Assembly: GCA_008632985.1 (NCBI GenBank)
Contig: QPGO01000085.1
Coordinates: 1-64,000 of the forward strand
Origin: Psammoneis japonica
Lineage: Eukaryota
Length of the DNA: 64,000 nucleotides
Direction: 5' to 3'
Shown piece by piece: positions 38,974 to 50,964 of this stretch; the stretch's first letter is position 1; the number at the start of each line of letters is the position of its first letter. The position numbers were made by a program, and so were the translations under genes. The notes beneath the pieces are model-generated. The model searched no databases. It saw only the letters and a program-made list of their open reading frames with translations, and had not been told where the DNA came from.

Positions 38974-40278
38974 ATGGCGATTTCCGCGTCCCTGTCGCTT
39001 AACTATCCACGATTTCTCGTCGTTTACATTACTTTCTGGCTGACTGCGGCTTTTAGCTTTTCGAATGCCTTCATCATCTCCTGCAAGAGCGATTGTCGTC
39101 GTCTCTCCAACCCCGCTCTCTTTTCGAGCAATCCCAACGACATGGAGACTCCCGAAGAACGAGAACAGCGCATGCAAATGGTACGGCAACTTCAGAAATC
39201 ATTTTACAAGGACGAGGAGGGCAGTTCAATTGGGTCGGATGGAATGATTCAAGACTTGCCGTTGTGGCGAGTGCAGTGGACCGAACTGCCGGGGTATCAA
39301 AATGTTCTCAATTGCCACGTGCCGCACTACACTCACATGTTTATGAAGATTGTTTCGGGACCCAAGCCATGGTATTTTGGTCACTTGTACTTGCCGGGTG
39401 GGAGTGAGAACTTGAGCAATCCAGTTTATAAACTCGGCGAGAAAAACTCCAAGGCAGCCACAACGGGTACCCTCATGCGTGTTGCCGACTACAAACAACA
39501 GGACGATGGACGACTCTTGCTCATTGTCCAAGCCATGGAGCGTTTTGAAGTCGTAGAAGCAACACAACATGCGCCCTATTCAATTGCGCACGTGCGAATA
39601 AAACCCGACACTGAAATAGTTCTGCGTCATGACGACAAAGCTGGGCTGAGTGCGATTGTCAAGGAAGATATGAAATGGGAGAGCTTTGAATTCCGCAATG
39701 TATCGGTAGAAGACTGCTCCATAGACAAGGGTGTGGGAGTCTCTCCTCTTATCAATTACAATGCTGATGCTATGGCAGATTTGGATATGCGAATAGAAGC
39801 AGAAGAGAAGGAGAGTTACGATAGAGCGCTTGAGTTGGAGCATGACGTATGGGTAGCTCTAGACACCATGATTCAACTTCTCGCCGCCCTCAACCCAAAT
39901 CCAGAGAAAATCCAAGTTCCAATACCAACACAGCTTTTGGGACTGCTTCCTGCTGATCAAGAGTGGCCGGATGACTTTTTTCTCGAAATGTACACCTCGG
40001 GTCTCAGCAACGACAAGAGCGCTCTTGTAGGTACCGGCTCCAAAAGCCCATTCTGTTGGGTCGACCGTGCTGTTCCTAGCTATCCCTTTATTCGGCGAGC
40101 TCGCAGGCTTAGCTATGTTATATGGGTGCTGTTGGAGGCAATCGCCCTTGACGGAGACGGGTCGCGAAACACTCGTCAAGACATGTTGGAAATGTCTGGT
40201 GTTGCGGAACGGCTTGAGGCTGCAAAGGTGCGAATACACGCCATCAACAGAGCTTTGAGACAGGCCAAGAACTTTTGA
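38974..40278 (+). CDS. LON protease N-terminal (substrate-binding) domain protein, likely organelle-targeted
   Basis: LPLWRVQWTELPG..LNCHVPHYTHMF and GTLMRV...DGRLLLIVQAMERFEV; hydrophobic leader ending SNA-F; no AAA or protease domain seen. Confidence 0.7.
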   Translation: MAISASLSLNYPRFLVVYITFWLTAAFSFSNAFIISCKSDCRRLSNPALFSSNPNDMETPEEREQRMQMVRQLQKSFYKDEEGSSIGSDGMIQDLPLWRVQWTELPGYQNVLNCHVPHYTHMFMKIVSGPKPWYFGHLYLPGGSENLSNPVYKLGEKNSKAATTGTLMRVADYKQQDDGRLLLIVQAMERFEVVEATQHAPYSIAHVRIKPDTEIVLRHDDKAGLSAIVKEDMKWESFEFRNVSVEDCSIDKGVGVSPLINYNADAMADLDMRIEAEEKESYDRALELEHDVWVALDTMIQLLAALNPNPEKIQVPIPTQLLGLLPADQEWPDDFFLEMYTSGLSNDKSALVGTGSKSPFCWVDRAVPSYPFIRRARRLSYVIWVLLEAIALDGDGSRNTRQDMLEMSGVAERLEAAKVRIHAINRALRQAKNF

Positions 40279-40633
40279 AGGCCTTTGTACGTAATACCCA
40301 AATAAGTAGAAGGTATCGTAGTTGAGAAAGGCAATGTTGGTCCCCATTCCCCTTGCAAACATACTGTACATACAATACTTACCTGTAGTAGAGTGTCATC
40401 CCAAGCCGGGAGTGGTAGAGTGTGAAAAATCGGACACCGCAATCGAGCACCGGACAAACGCACACAGCCGCGTCGACCCATTTTTTCGTTTTTTCGATTC
40501 CAGATTTTTCGAGAACCGTTCATTTTTCGAGCCGCAGCTCCAAGCTCTTGTAATAAGAAAGGATTCGTTCATGCAACAGAACTACAGTATAGACTAGATC
40601 GTCGGTGTACAGCGACGAAAAAGAGGGGTTGTG

Positions 40634-43570
40634 ATGAGTGTGAAAATATCACGAAGACTGGTTGGAAAAATAGGTGTTGGAACATACCGTCGGGTGATTG
40701 GCACGACGAATCCTACCAACTTTGCAAGCTGCATTCCCCATGACGCAGAGAATCAGTTAGAAATGCAGCGAAATGCCACTGTCCCATCTTCTGGAGTGAT
40801 TAATCAACAGATGCGCTTTCATGGATGGGCTCCGCCGGCTTATGTGAAGCAGAAAGATGAAAGGAGAAAAACGAGGAAAAAGTCCTGGCGCTCTCGAAAG
40901 AGCAAGAGCCGCAAACCCAGCGCGAGGGATAGAAAGAACCAACAACGTGATGGTGGAACAGAAAAGCCACCCGAGAAAAATCAAGGTGCACCTTATCATA
41001 GGGGACAATTCAATCGACGAAAGATCTTTCGCCTGCAATCGAACTTTTTAGACCTGTTGGAGTCTTATACGGCGGCAGTCACGGCCGTCGAAGACGAAAG
41101 CTCCAAAGTTGTGGAATCTGATACTGAAGCAGCATCTGCGGTACGAGCTGATGAGGATCAGATGGGCGACTCAACTTCCAGCAGCTCTTTTGATGCTGTG
41201 GATGATGACGAATTGTGGGATCAGGCTAAGCAAGTTCTTGCGAAGCTTAACGATTTGGAAGCAGCTCATGCTAATGGAAGTCTGAATAACACGGGTGATG
41301 CCATCCGTTCAACAGAGCAAACCTACAAAGAAATTTGTCAATCGATGCATCGTCTCATCTCGACATGGTCAAAAAGAGACGTTTTCACACCAATGGCTGA
41401 TATGAATGAGCTAAATAATCAGGATACCAACGATTCTGGGGATGCGGTTGTGTACGTCGGATTAGACAAGGAACAACCATCGCCGCCGCCGCCGGCATCT
41501 TATGATGTGGCTGAAGAATTTCTGTGGAGGCTCGTCAAAATACAAGAGGCTCGAAAGCAGTTTCTGTCCCTTGTTCAGGAACCAGAAGTAAGGAAGGTTA
41601 CCGAACAGGAAGCTCATAAACCAACTTGGAAGGAGTGGTTTACCAACACTTTCATTTTTTCCAAGGGTGAAGACGAGCCAACAGAAAAGGACATGGACGA
41701 GAGAATAGAAAGTTACGACGAAAAAACGACAAGTGAGCCTGATAAAAGCGTTTCACTCACAGGCACGACCATCACACCAGCATTGCTGTGTCGTGTGCTG
41801 CGAGCCATTATCAAGGGCTCCAATGTGCAGTACGGAGATGGGACCATCTGTTTTGATGACATTGACCAAAACCACTTTGGTTGGAGAATTTACTTTTCCG
41901 ACAAATCTCAAGAATGTCAAGAAATTTCTGCACGCCAGAAGGAACTCGCAGATCGGCTTTCCAACCTGGTGGATGCGTGCACTACTCACGGCGGCTTGGA
42001 AATGGATTTGCAAGTGTTGGAGATACTTGTCAAAGAGCACGCTAAGGTCGGTCTTATTAGTAGTGTAGCGCGAGCAGAGACGCTCTGCCGTCTCTATCAC
42101 ACAAAGCGAAAGGAACAACAAGACATTAAACGTCCATCCTTATTCAACACCGTTCTTAAAGGATATCGATTGGCGTCGTCCTTGGAACCGTCACAGTCCC
42201 AACGAGTCAACGCAGCCAAGAATGCCGAGTGGTTGCTAAGGAAGCGGCAACTTCGGGCCGTCAAAGGCAGTGGCGCACTAAAGGGCCAAAGCAGTCAACC
42301 GAAAGCTACCAACTTTGCAATTGGATCATACAAACTTGTTTTGCAGACTCTGGCTAATCCAGGAATAAGGTTTCTCCCTGATATGAGTGAAAGAGCGGAA
42401 AAACTTGTGGAGCTATTGATGGGCAAAGAGGAATTTCGTCAGTTGATAGGTGAGGATGACTTGTCACGTTCTGAGCAGGTATCTCCTTTGCCGATTGACG
42501 CGGGAATTCTGCATTATCTTCTCGTAATATATATGAACTCGCTTGAACGTGACAAGATGAAACGACTTTTGAAACTGATGGAATCGAGTCGCCACACAAA
42601 TAATGGAGCAACCGAAAGCGAAACCGAAAGTTCTTCGGTGTTCCCAAATTGTTTGACCTATAATACCGTCCTGTCGGGTGTTGCGCGAACCCCACGTCGC
42701 GAAAAAGAAGACCGCAGTACGTTGATGGAAAATGCGCTCTATGGTACATCGTTGCTGGAATCCATTGAGCAAGCTGGACGGAATACTCCCGATGAGCACA
42801 CATATTATTTTGTCTTGAGGCTTTGGGCTAAAACAAAATCCTCTCAAGCTGGGTATCATGCTCTGAGCCTCTTGTCGCGAATGGAGGTCTCCAGTGCGGC
42901 TAGTGGGTATTCGTGGACGATTGGTGCAAGGGCGTATTCGATGGCATTAAAATGTTTGATGTATGGTGCCTCAGGTCGTCAGCTTGGCGCTGCGCATCGG
43001 GCGGCTCAGCTTTTGCACAAGATGCATGCTCAGTCTCGACCTCTCACGAGCTCAAACCAGCCGTCAACCTATATTGGAGATGAGAGCGCAACGCCAACTC
43101 CGGCTAGTCAAGTGAAGGGAGGCCTACGCTACAATGACTCTCTTTCTTTTACGTCGCCTGACGTTTACAATTGTGTCATCGATACATGCAAGAACACGAA
43201 TCACCCCTCTGACATAGACGAGGCGTTTCGAATAGCCTTCGATACCTACAATCTCATGTTGGAGCGCGGTGTTGTTCCTTCGGCGGGTACGTATTTGGCG
43301 CTCTTACGCTGCTGTAAGAAATTCTTGTCACATGATGAGGAACGGCGCAATGACCTTGCTAGAATCATATTTCAGGCAGCTTGTGATCAGGGGAAGGCCA
43401 CTCGTGGTGTGTTGAGTCAATTGCGAAGTGTTGACAAAAAGCTGTATGCAGAACTTCAAAACTTCAAGTCGGTGTCGGCGTCGTCGTCGTCGCAAGACTG
43501 TTTTGAGAGTACCACAAATAACGAAGATTCAGCGGACGAAGACGAAAAAGACGAAGATCTCCTCGGGTGA
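40634..43570 (+). CDS. Pentatricopeptide-repeat-like protein, probably mitochondrial
   Basis: Uninterrupted 978-aa ORF with PNCLTYNTVL, PDEHTYYFVLRLWAK, YNCVIDTC and PSAGTYLALLRCC; basic N-terminus. Confidence 0.72.
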   Translation: MSVKISRRLVGKIGVGTYRRVIGTTNPTNFASCIPHDAENQLEMQRNATVPSSGVINQQMRFHGWAPPAYVKQKDERRKTRKKSWRSRKSKSRKPSARDRKNQQRDGGTEKPPEKNQGAPYHRGQFNRRKIFRLQSNFLDLLESYTAAVTAVEDESSKVVESDTEAASAVRADEDQMGDSTSSSSFDAVDDDELWDQAKQVLAKLNDLEAAHANGSLNNTGDAIRSTEQTYKEICQSMHRLISTWSKRDVFTPMADMNELNNQDTNDSGDAVVYVGLDKEQPSPPPPASYDVAEEFLWRLVKIQEARKQFLSLVQEPEVRKVTEQEAHKPTWKEWFTNTFIFSKGEDEPTEKDMDERIESYDEKTTSEPDKSVSLTGTTITPALLCRVLRAIIKGSNVQYGDGTICFDDIDQNHFGWRIYFSDKSQECQEISARQKELADRLSNLVDACTTHGGLEMDLQVLEILVKEHAKVGLISSVARAETLCRLYHTKRKEQQDIKRPSLFNTVLKGYRLASSLEPSQSQRVNAAKNAEWLLRKRQLRAVKGSGALKGQSSQPKATNFAIGSYKLVLQTLANPGIRFLPDMSERAEKLVELLMGKEEFRQLIGEDDLSRSEQVSPLPIDAGILHYLLVIYMNSLERDKMKRLLKLMESSRHTNNGATESETESSSVFPNCLTYNTVLSGVARTPRREKEDRSTLMENALYGTSLLESIEQAGRNTPDEHTYYFVLRLWAKTKSSQAGYHALSLLSRMEVSSAASGYSWTIGARAYSMALKCLMYGASGRQLGAAHRAAQLLHKMHAQSRPLTSSNQPSTYIGDESATPTPASQVKGGLRYNDSLSFTSPDVYNCVIDTCKNTNHPSDIDEAFRIAFDTYNLMLERGVVPSAGTYLALLRCCKKFLSHDEERRNDLARIIFQAACDQGKATRGVLSQLRSVDKKLYAELQNFKSVSASSSSQDCFESTTNNEDSADEDEKDEDLLG

Positions 43571-43734
43571 ATATTTCAGATTGTTCCGGATGTACTTAGA
43601 CGTACTTCAAACGGTGTATGCTTAGAAAGCGTGGATGTAGCTCTCTTTGATTCCAAGTAGTGATATTTCAGGTTATACGAAAAGGTAACTTAAGACTTCA
43701 AAGTTTCTATCTGTTTCGCACTAATCATTCTTAA

Positions 43735-44820
43735 TTAAAGATAACATCCTTTCGGGATTTCGTCAAATGGACAACTCTTATATTTCGATCCGTCCGTTTT
43801 GATAACACTTCGAACTTCGTGCTCCAGCTTTAGTATAGGGCCTTCCTCTACATTTTCAGGATCCACAATGTCGATGCACCGAAACATACAATCATTAAGC
43901 GCCTCTTTTAGGTTGTACGCTCTTCTTTTGAAACGAGGGTTGACGTAACACACGCCCAATTCATCTGCTCGCTCGTAGGTGGCACGAAGATTGGAAACGT
44001 ACATTGAAATATGAGGACCATAGTTGCTGAGGAAGGACGGTGTTCCTTCTGGAACCGCCACGTTTTCATCTCTCATATCATCATGAGTAACGACTTTTCT
44101 TTGACTAGGATGTTGCACAAAAGTTAGTGTTTGCCGAGGGCCAACAGACACTGAGCATTTTTCTTTTGTGCAATCAAGCACCGGTGCACCCAAGACTCTT
44201 TCGTAAAATCGCGAGATGCCAGCCATATTGCAGTCACTCGGGGTATAAATTGTCAAGTCTCGCATTGCCAGACCCTCGGACATTTCCCCTGGTTGCATTC
44301 CCCGCCCATCGCGATCGCTTTCATCACCCGAAACGATATGAAAATGTGAACCCCACGGGTCCACCACGTTTAGACTGCCCCCGCTTTCTTTGGACACCAC
44401 GAACTTGCTCCCCTTTAACGATTTTCTTGCCTCCTCGCATCGCTCCTCCAAGCCGTTCAAGTTCGGATACACCAAGGTCACCACTCCTTCCAAGACTTGG
44501 GCTGATGGCTTTCCCTCTGGCAAATGAAATTGCTGCGAGCCTATATTTGCCCAAAGCGTCTTTTTGCCAGTGTTCAAGTTGTCCGCTTTTCGAGGGTCAA
44601 CGGCGCACTTGAGGAAATCGAAATAAAACGCCTTTAACCAATCGTGCCGTCCTTGTTCGTGGTTGATGTTTAGATGATCCAGAATCAAAATATTTCCAAC
44701 CGGCTGACTTGATGGCGTTGTCGATTTTGAAACTGATGGAGTGCTTGACAGCGCGAACGACGAGGCGACCTTAAAAATACACGGAAACAAAAGCAACCAG
44801 GTGGTTTTGAAGAGCTTCAT
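43735..44820 (-). CDS. Glyoxalase/VOC-like protein with plastid-type leader
   Basis: MKLFKTTWLLL..VASS-FALS leader; LDHLNIN...AFYFDFL, QFHLP, DPWG, RFYERVLG, GPHISMYV. Confidence 0.65.
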   Translation of the reverse strand: MKLFKTTWLLLFPCIFKVASSFALSSTPSVSKSTTPSSQPVGNILILDHLNINHEQGRHDWLKAFYFDFLKCAVDPRKADNLNTGKKTLWANIGSQQFHLPEGKPSAQVLEGVVTLVYPNLNGLEERCEEARKSLKGSKFVVSKESGGSLNVVDPWGSHFHIVSGDESDRDGRGMQPGEMSEGLAMRDLTIYTPSDCNMAGISRFYERVLGAPVLDCTKEKCSVSVGPRQTLTFVQHPSQRKVVTHDDMRDENVAVPEGTPSFLSNYGPHISMYVSNLRATYERADELGVCYVNPRFKRRAYNLKEALNDCMFRCIDIVDPENVEEGPILKLEHEVRSVIKTDGSKYKSCPFDEIPKGCYL

Positions 44821-45533
44821 TGTATGCATGCAATGGCAGCTGGCAGCTATAGCGCGGTCGGGCAAAGCAGTGTCAAACTGTTTCATGTGAGAGACACGTA
44901 CGGTGCGCATAAATCCGCAACTCATACTGTACATGCCAGTCCAAGCCTGCCCTTCGACCTGAAGAGAACTAAACGACGACAAGAGTTACACAGGATCAAG
45001 TACCGGTAAGTGAATCAGATGAGACGAACCAGCCAACCACGTGGTGGCTGAAAGAGTGACGCAGCTACGAGTGTACCGTTACTGTAGTTGAAGGTGGAGG
45101 GAGTTTTTGAAAATTCGAAAAAATTATGTCAATGTCTCGATGACGTGGTTCTGACAAAAATTCTTTCTCTTCTCCTTATGTATTCAATCATGTAGTACAG
45201 TATCCTCATTACTTTTAAAAGTGAATATGTGGATAGAAAGTCGCAGGAAGAACGAACTCAAGCTGGTCGCCACGCTCACAATTTTGATTGGATCCTTTCG
45301 CGGGAATTCTCCGACACCAGGAGACGTGCCTTCCACCAATCAGCGACCCAGGCAATACGACGGTTATGTAAGCTGACCAATCAATTTGAAGCAGTGACGA
45401 CAAGAGTGTCAGGCATGCGTGACGAGGAGCCGTAAAAAACCCGCCACCTTTTCCCCGTTCATTGGATACCTTCTTTTAGCTATCACTATGCCGGTACCGG
45501 TAACTCATCTCATTCACACAGAAAGACAAGAGA

Positions 45534-46209
45534 ATGAAACCATTATGGAAACGACGTCGGCAATCTGTCGGCCACCGAAAGCCAAATAATGCAGACCTAT
45601 CACCGCAGTGTTCAACGAAAACGCTCCAAGATGAGGATGATTCGATAGAGCAGTCTCCAAACCCATCCAGATCGCCCGTGGAGATCTCTCCTCGCACTGC
45701 AATGTTAGTGATGGACTTTAATGACATGGAAAGCGATAACGAAGGCTATGGCGGTGTGATGTTGGAAGACGAGTCTCCTCAATCATCCTGTGCAAGATCT
45801 CCTTCTCTAGCGGCTCCACCCGAGGATGACCTGGATGCTTGGATGAGGCAAGCCGATGAATCTGATCTTTTCCTCCCCTATCTCCCTCCATAACTCGGTC
45901 GCTGTCGGTTCCTCTCTTCAACACCTTGGCGCCAGTAGACCATCAACCCCAAAAGTTGGAAAAGAGAGTATCCTTTTCGACGGCAGAAGTTCGAGAAATA
46001 AGTTCAGAAGTAAGGGAAGAGATTTCGCGAAAGACTGGAAAACGACTTTCGTTGGATGGGATTACGAGATGCATTCAGAAGTTTTCAGTTTGAGCGAAAG
46101 ATTCTCTTTGGCAATAAAAGATTCAGATGGACACGTAGCAACGTGCTTGCATAAAAAAAAGGGTCTTACTCATCCATCATATGAGAGGAAACTGGATTGG
46201 GGTCGTTAA
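45534..46209 (+). CDS. Hypothetical protein (two ORFs joined by a probable frameshift)
   Basis: Overlapping ORFs 45534-45893 and 45856-46209 with protein-like composition; no family recognised. Confidence 0.35.
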
Positions 46210-46484
46210 ACTCTGATTTACATCACCTATTCTCAATTCAGCAGAGAAACCGAGATTGTCTCCTTTTGTCACTTTGAACCACATTTATACAACTGGGAAA
46301 CTAAATGAGACGTTAGGGTGGTGGGATATTGATGGGATGCCGAAGAGACAGTGACTAGGGTAGTGAAAGCCATACTGTAGTTAAGTACGCTAGATTAAAG
46401 GTTTTACGTTACGATATGTTAAAGCGTTGTTACGGTATGATTGGCAGCATACTCTGCATACTGCATCTCAAAAGGCGCTGCCTC

Positions 46485-48947
46485 TCAAAAGAGTACACCG
46501 ACAACGGTAAGCATCATCGTCAACGCAACAGGAATTGTGCAGGAAAGCATGAGCCTGAAAGCACCTGAGGTTTCCAGTTCGAGTACCAACTCAAATTCGC
46601 TGTCTGTAGACCTTGAGAGATCAACAAGGATGCGCCTCGTATTGTCTCCAAAAGACAGAATAGCAACGCCACGGACAGTCACCGGAGATGGGTTGATGAA
46701 GAAGGAAGAAACCAAGCGAGTCGTGATGAGAGACTTGCTTCCATTCAGGATCGTGGTGGTGATTGAGGTAGGCGAACCATCGTCAATGGCCGAGAAGACA
46801 AGGGAGTTCTGGATAAAGTCAAGCTGCGAGACGCTTGCAAACTCAACGCCGTCGGCATCAACTGAAAGGCAAATCAACAGGTCAGAGTCTTGTTCCACTA
46901 GCTCATTGATGCAATCAAAATTGACATCGCATTGACAGGCGCCGATGCTGTATTCCGCGGTGACGTTCTTGAAGATGACGTCGGGATCGTCACGGGAGTT
47001 CTCGATACCAGACACATTGAAGCCTTCGTTCAGATCCACGTCGATGGAGAGAACGGTCTCCCGAAAGTTCACAGACGTCCTTTCGGCGTCGTCAAGCAGC
47101 AGGTCGACACGAATGCATAGGTCCAGGTGTCCGATATCTTCAGATACCATACTCCAAATGCTACTGTTGGCCACGGTATCCTGAATGACATCCAGAGCAA
47201 CCGAGAGATTGCCGTGTCTGGAAGAGATCTTCGTGAACGTAGCATTGAGGTCTACAACAGACGATGGAACAGCGGTCGTGCAGTCAATCTCAAACACAGC
47301 GACCGTGCTATTGCGGTTGCTAATGATGAAGTTGATCTCGATTTCTTCTGCGGATGCGGGCTCGCTGAACATAATACGTGCCGGTCCGTCCCTTTCAATA
47401 GTCCAAGCGACGACGACGGGGGCTTCTGAAGGAAAGAAGCTTGGTTCAGCCGTGATAGTGGCGGTAGGATAAGCCGTGGGAAAAAGGGAAGGAGCACTGC
47501 TAGGCGCAGGCGGAACCTCGGTAATGACTCGAACAAATCCATTCTCAATACCGTCGGACGTGTCCACGGCTCCGTAAGCGAACATGCCACCATCATGGGA
47601 CAAAGAAGTGCCTTGAAAGCCGTATCCAACTTGGTCGTTCTCGGCGTCTCCTACAACTTCGTTTACGAGGGCCCAAGTAACACCAATCCAGTCCCAAACA
47701 AGCACATGGCCACGATCGCCATCATGACGGGGAGATGATGCGATGACGCGGGTTCCGTTGTTTGAGATGGCAACGGTGGTGCCCAAGCGGTCATTGTCGT
47801 CCGTTCCAACCAGGTCACTACCTTTTCGTACCCAGTTTCCACCAAATAGACCAAATACGGTAACCACTCCACGAAAGGTACTGTTGACTCCTCCGTTGTT
47901 CTTGGGGGCTCCGACCACGAGCGACATGCCGTCGCCGCTCAAATCCATGGAGTATCCAAACTGATCACCTTGCGCTTCACCAATCAGGTCATCTCCATGC
48001 TGGACCCAGCTGCCGGACCCCTCATTGTAGTCAAAGACACGGACAAGTCCACGCTTAGCCATACCACCAGTATTGTAATCTGGCGCCGAAATTGCGAGAC
48101 GATCCCCAGTATCATCAAAGGCAACACGCCATCCAAACTGATCGTTCGGAGAGTCGCCTTGGAGGAATCCAGATGGCTCCCATTCGTCAGATGTAGAGTT
48201 GAAGTTCATAGTTTGAACGCAACCAGTGCTTGAGGAGTACATCTCGCTACTGACAGCCACGCGGTTGCCGTCTGGAGATAGCGCTAAGGTATCGCCATTG
48301 TCTAATCCAAAAATGGAGTTTCCAACAAGCGTCGTCATCGGCATGGAACCCATGGGAGAGATACTGTAGACTTGAACAAGCGAACTAGGCTCATGACGAC
48401 GTACTGCGATACGGCGATGGTCAGCCAAAGCCATGGAGAAGCGGTCTCCGATTTGTTCGTCGTCACTTCCAGGTAGAAAAAAGACCAAGGTCCAATCGTC
48501 GCTTGGCTGCTGCTCGTAGACAAACACAGCCCCGGCATTGACAATTTGGTAGTCAAAGCCTTGGAGAGTCACGTTCATATCGTAACCGGGAGCACCGACG
48601 GCGAGAAGAGGCGGTACTGAACCCGTACTGATCTCTACGGCCGTTCCAAACTTGGAACCCTCGGTTCCAATTAACAGCTGGCCGACCGAGAGAAACTCGG
48701 CCAAGCCCCGTTGACTACGGGTCAAAGAGTAGTCATGCTAGACGAAAAAAAGAGAAGCAACAACAACGACGCCATGGGTGAGTTTCAAACGTGAAGAATC
48801 AAATCAAAAGAAACAAGTCGCTTTCGCCATTTCGTATCGTTCAAACAACACCGATAAGTACAACACACTTACCACGACATCACGAAGACCCGATACGAGC
48901 AAAGGATTAGCAGCAAACGCCAAGAGCGTCATGAACATTGTAATCAT
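46485..48947 (-). CDS. FG-GAP/integrin-alpha-like beta-propeller membrane protein; intron 48738-48872
   Basis: Signal-peptide exon MITMFMTLLAFAANPLLVSG. Repeats FGTAV..LAVGAP, DQFGWRV..LAISAP, DQFGYSMDLSGDG..VVGAP. A P/S/T stalk precedes a C-terminal hydrophobic anchor. Confidence 0.85.
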
Positions 48948-49507
48948 GGTGATGGTTTTTCAAAAACACGTGTGTCAAGGACAAGGGCGCACGAAAAATG
49001 AGCTGTGCAAGGAGACGTCCGCGGTCCCGCCAGATTTCGAAAATTTTTGAAACTCGAAATTTTGAAAAATCATGGTCGAGCTCCACTCTCGCAAAACATG
49101 TTGAAGTATTTTTCAAAATCGGACCTAACTCCCTCCGACATGCTCATCCGCCATACGATAAACGTGCCATTGCGTTCTATCATGCTGTAATCATGAACGC
49201 ACCACAGTCAAACGGCGGAGCTTCTCACGTGTCGCGTTTCCGTGTCGATTCCGTCATTTTTCCCACATTGAGTTCTGAAGGAACATGAAATTGCTATTGC
49301 TTTCACGACGTTCAGCCTCAAGGTAATAAAGATTGCTCTCTTCAGCTCTCTCTAGCTATACCGGCATGATAAGAAGACTCTCAACTCTCGTCATCTGTCT
49401 CCCGTGCCCCGTCGTCCTTTTACGCGTGCGTCGCAAGTTTCTCAAGCTCACCGTTCTGGCATCGTTCATCGCCTCATCTCGTTCATATCGCGCCACGCAG
49501 TGAGGCG

Positions 49508-50485
49508 ATGATTGCGAGCGAGGGCCAGACGTTTTGGCGCCAAAATATTGGTCCAGGGTCCAGGTCTCCAGGAGGAAGATGCTCTATGGGGATATATTGG
49601 GATGGAGGAGAAAGCGACCTTCCTGGATTGTGTCAAGTCGCCTTGCAGTCTTGGAGAGCCCGTCATCCGGATTGGCACGTCGTCCTAGTCTCGGATGACA
49701 ACTACAAGGACTACGTCTCCATGTCTGATCTACCTTCCACATTCGACAGCCTAATTGTCCAGCTCCGTAGCGACATTATTCGTCTTGCTCTTCTTTTTCG
49801 ATACGGTGGAGTTTACATGGATGTGTCAACAATTGTTCTCAAGGGATTGGATGGTATTTGGAACGCAACAGCACCGCGGGCAATCTGCTTTTGACCGCTC
49901 CCATTCCCTTTAGCAATGGCGTGCACATGGCAAACAACGCATTGCTTCTGTCTCCCGGTCGCGACAATCCAGTGCTACGTGAGTGGTATCGACAAATCTT
50001 GGCGTACAACGAAGCTCCCGTTGCAACTCTAGAAGACATACGAGCCCATGCTGCGTTCCATCGTGTCGAGCCATTCTTTGATGACCCTGCTTTGGGTGTG
50101 TTGCAGAATGTCATTCCTTATTGCTCCAACTTATGGATACTCATGGATATCTTGTACTTCAATGACACTCTTCGCCCTTTTGTCCAAGAGAATGTATTGA
50201 CTCTCCCTATGCGACGATGGACATATGACATTTTCATCCACCAATCAAGTCATGGGCCAAGAGTGGCTTGATTCGTTCCCCGATCCGGAACCAGCTGAGC
50301 TGTTGACCGATCAAATTAATGTATTGAAATTTTCGAGTGCTGGAATTGACTATCATCGCCCCATGAGCCATCACCTCGAGCTTGACTCCACCATGGGGAG
50401 AATCTATCGTGCAGCGATTGCAGAGGGACCGACAAAACAAGCAACGTTAGAAGGAGCAACTCCTTTTCTTTCGTCGCATGAATGA
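49508..50485 (+). CDS. DXD glycosyltransferase, capsular polysaccharide synthesis/GT32-like (frameshifted; start uncertain)
   Basis: IYWDGGE..LP.LCQVALQSWR..HPDW and RSDIIRLALLFRYGGVYMD. Confidence 0.75.
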
Positions 50486-50528
50486 TTGAAGTTGAGTTGA
50501 ACGGTCCTACCGACCTATCAGCTCGTTC

Positions 50529-50603
50529 GTAGAACTCAGACCACCCTAGACACACTGAAAAAAGCTTGTTTGTAGAACCCAGACCACTCTAGACACACTG
50601 AAA
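50529..50603. repeat. Two 32-bp direct repeats, 43-bp period
   Basis: GTAGAACTCAGACCACCCTAGACACACTGAAA versus GTAGAACCCAGACCACTCTAGACACACTGAAA. Confidence 0.85.
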
Positions 50604-50964
50604 GAGACCGATGTACTGTGGCATTCTTCTTTTTGAAAAGAGTACATCGCCGTGAGCATGGAAAGACTAGGCGTGGTCCGAGGCTCTATCAATTAAGACA
50701 ACCTGCCACAAAGGACAGAAGTAAATCAGTGAAACGCTCCTCATCGGCTACCTGCTTCCATTCTGTCTGGTCATGTCAATTGGCGTCTAGTTTCTTTACC
50801 GGTATCTCATGAAATTCTTTGGATGGCATATTCATAAACGTGCAACGCGTTTTGAGCTCCCACCAGACGGACACTGCGTCATAGATATGTCTGTAACTAC
50901 TGCCGCGATACACGCAGCTGCAAACACCGGAGGCGGCTGATAACTTCGTTATAGTATAAACAAA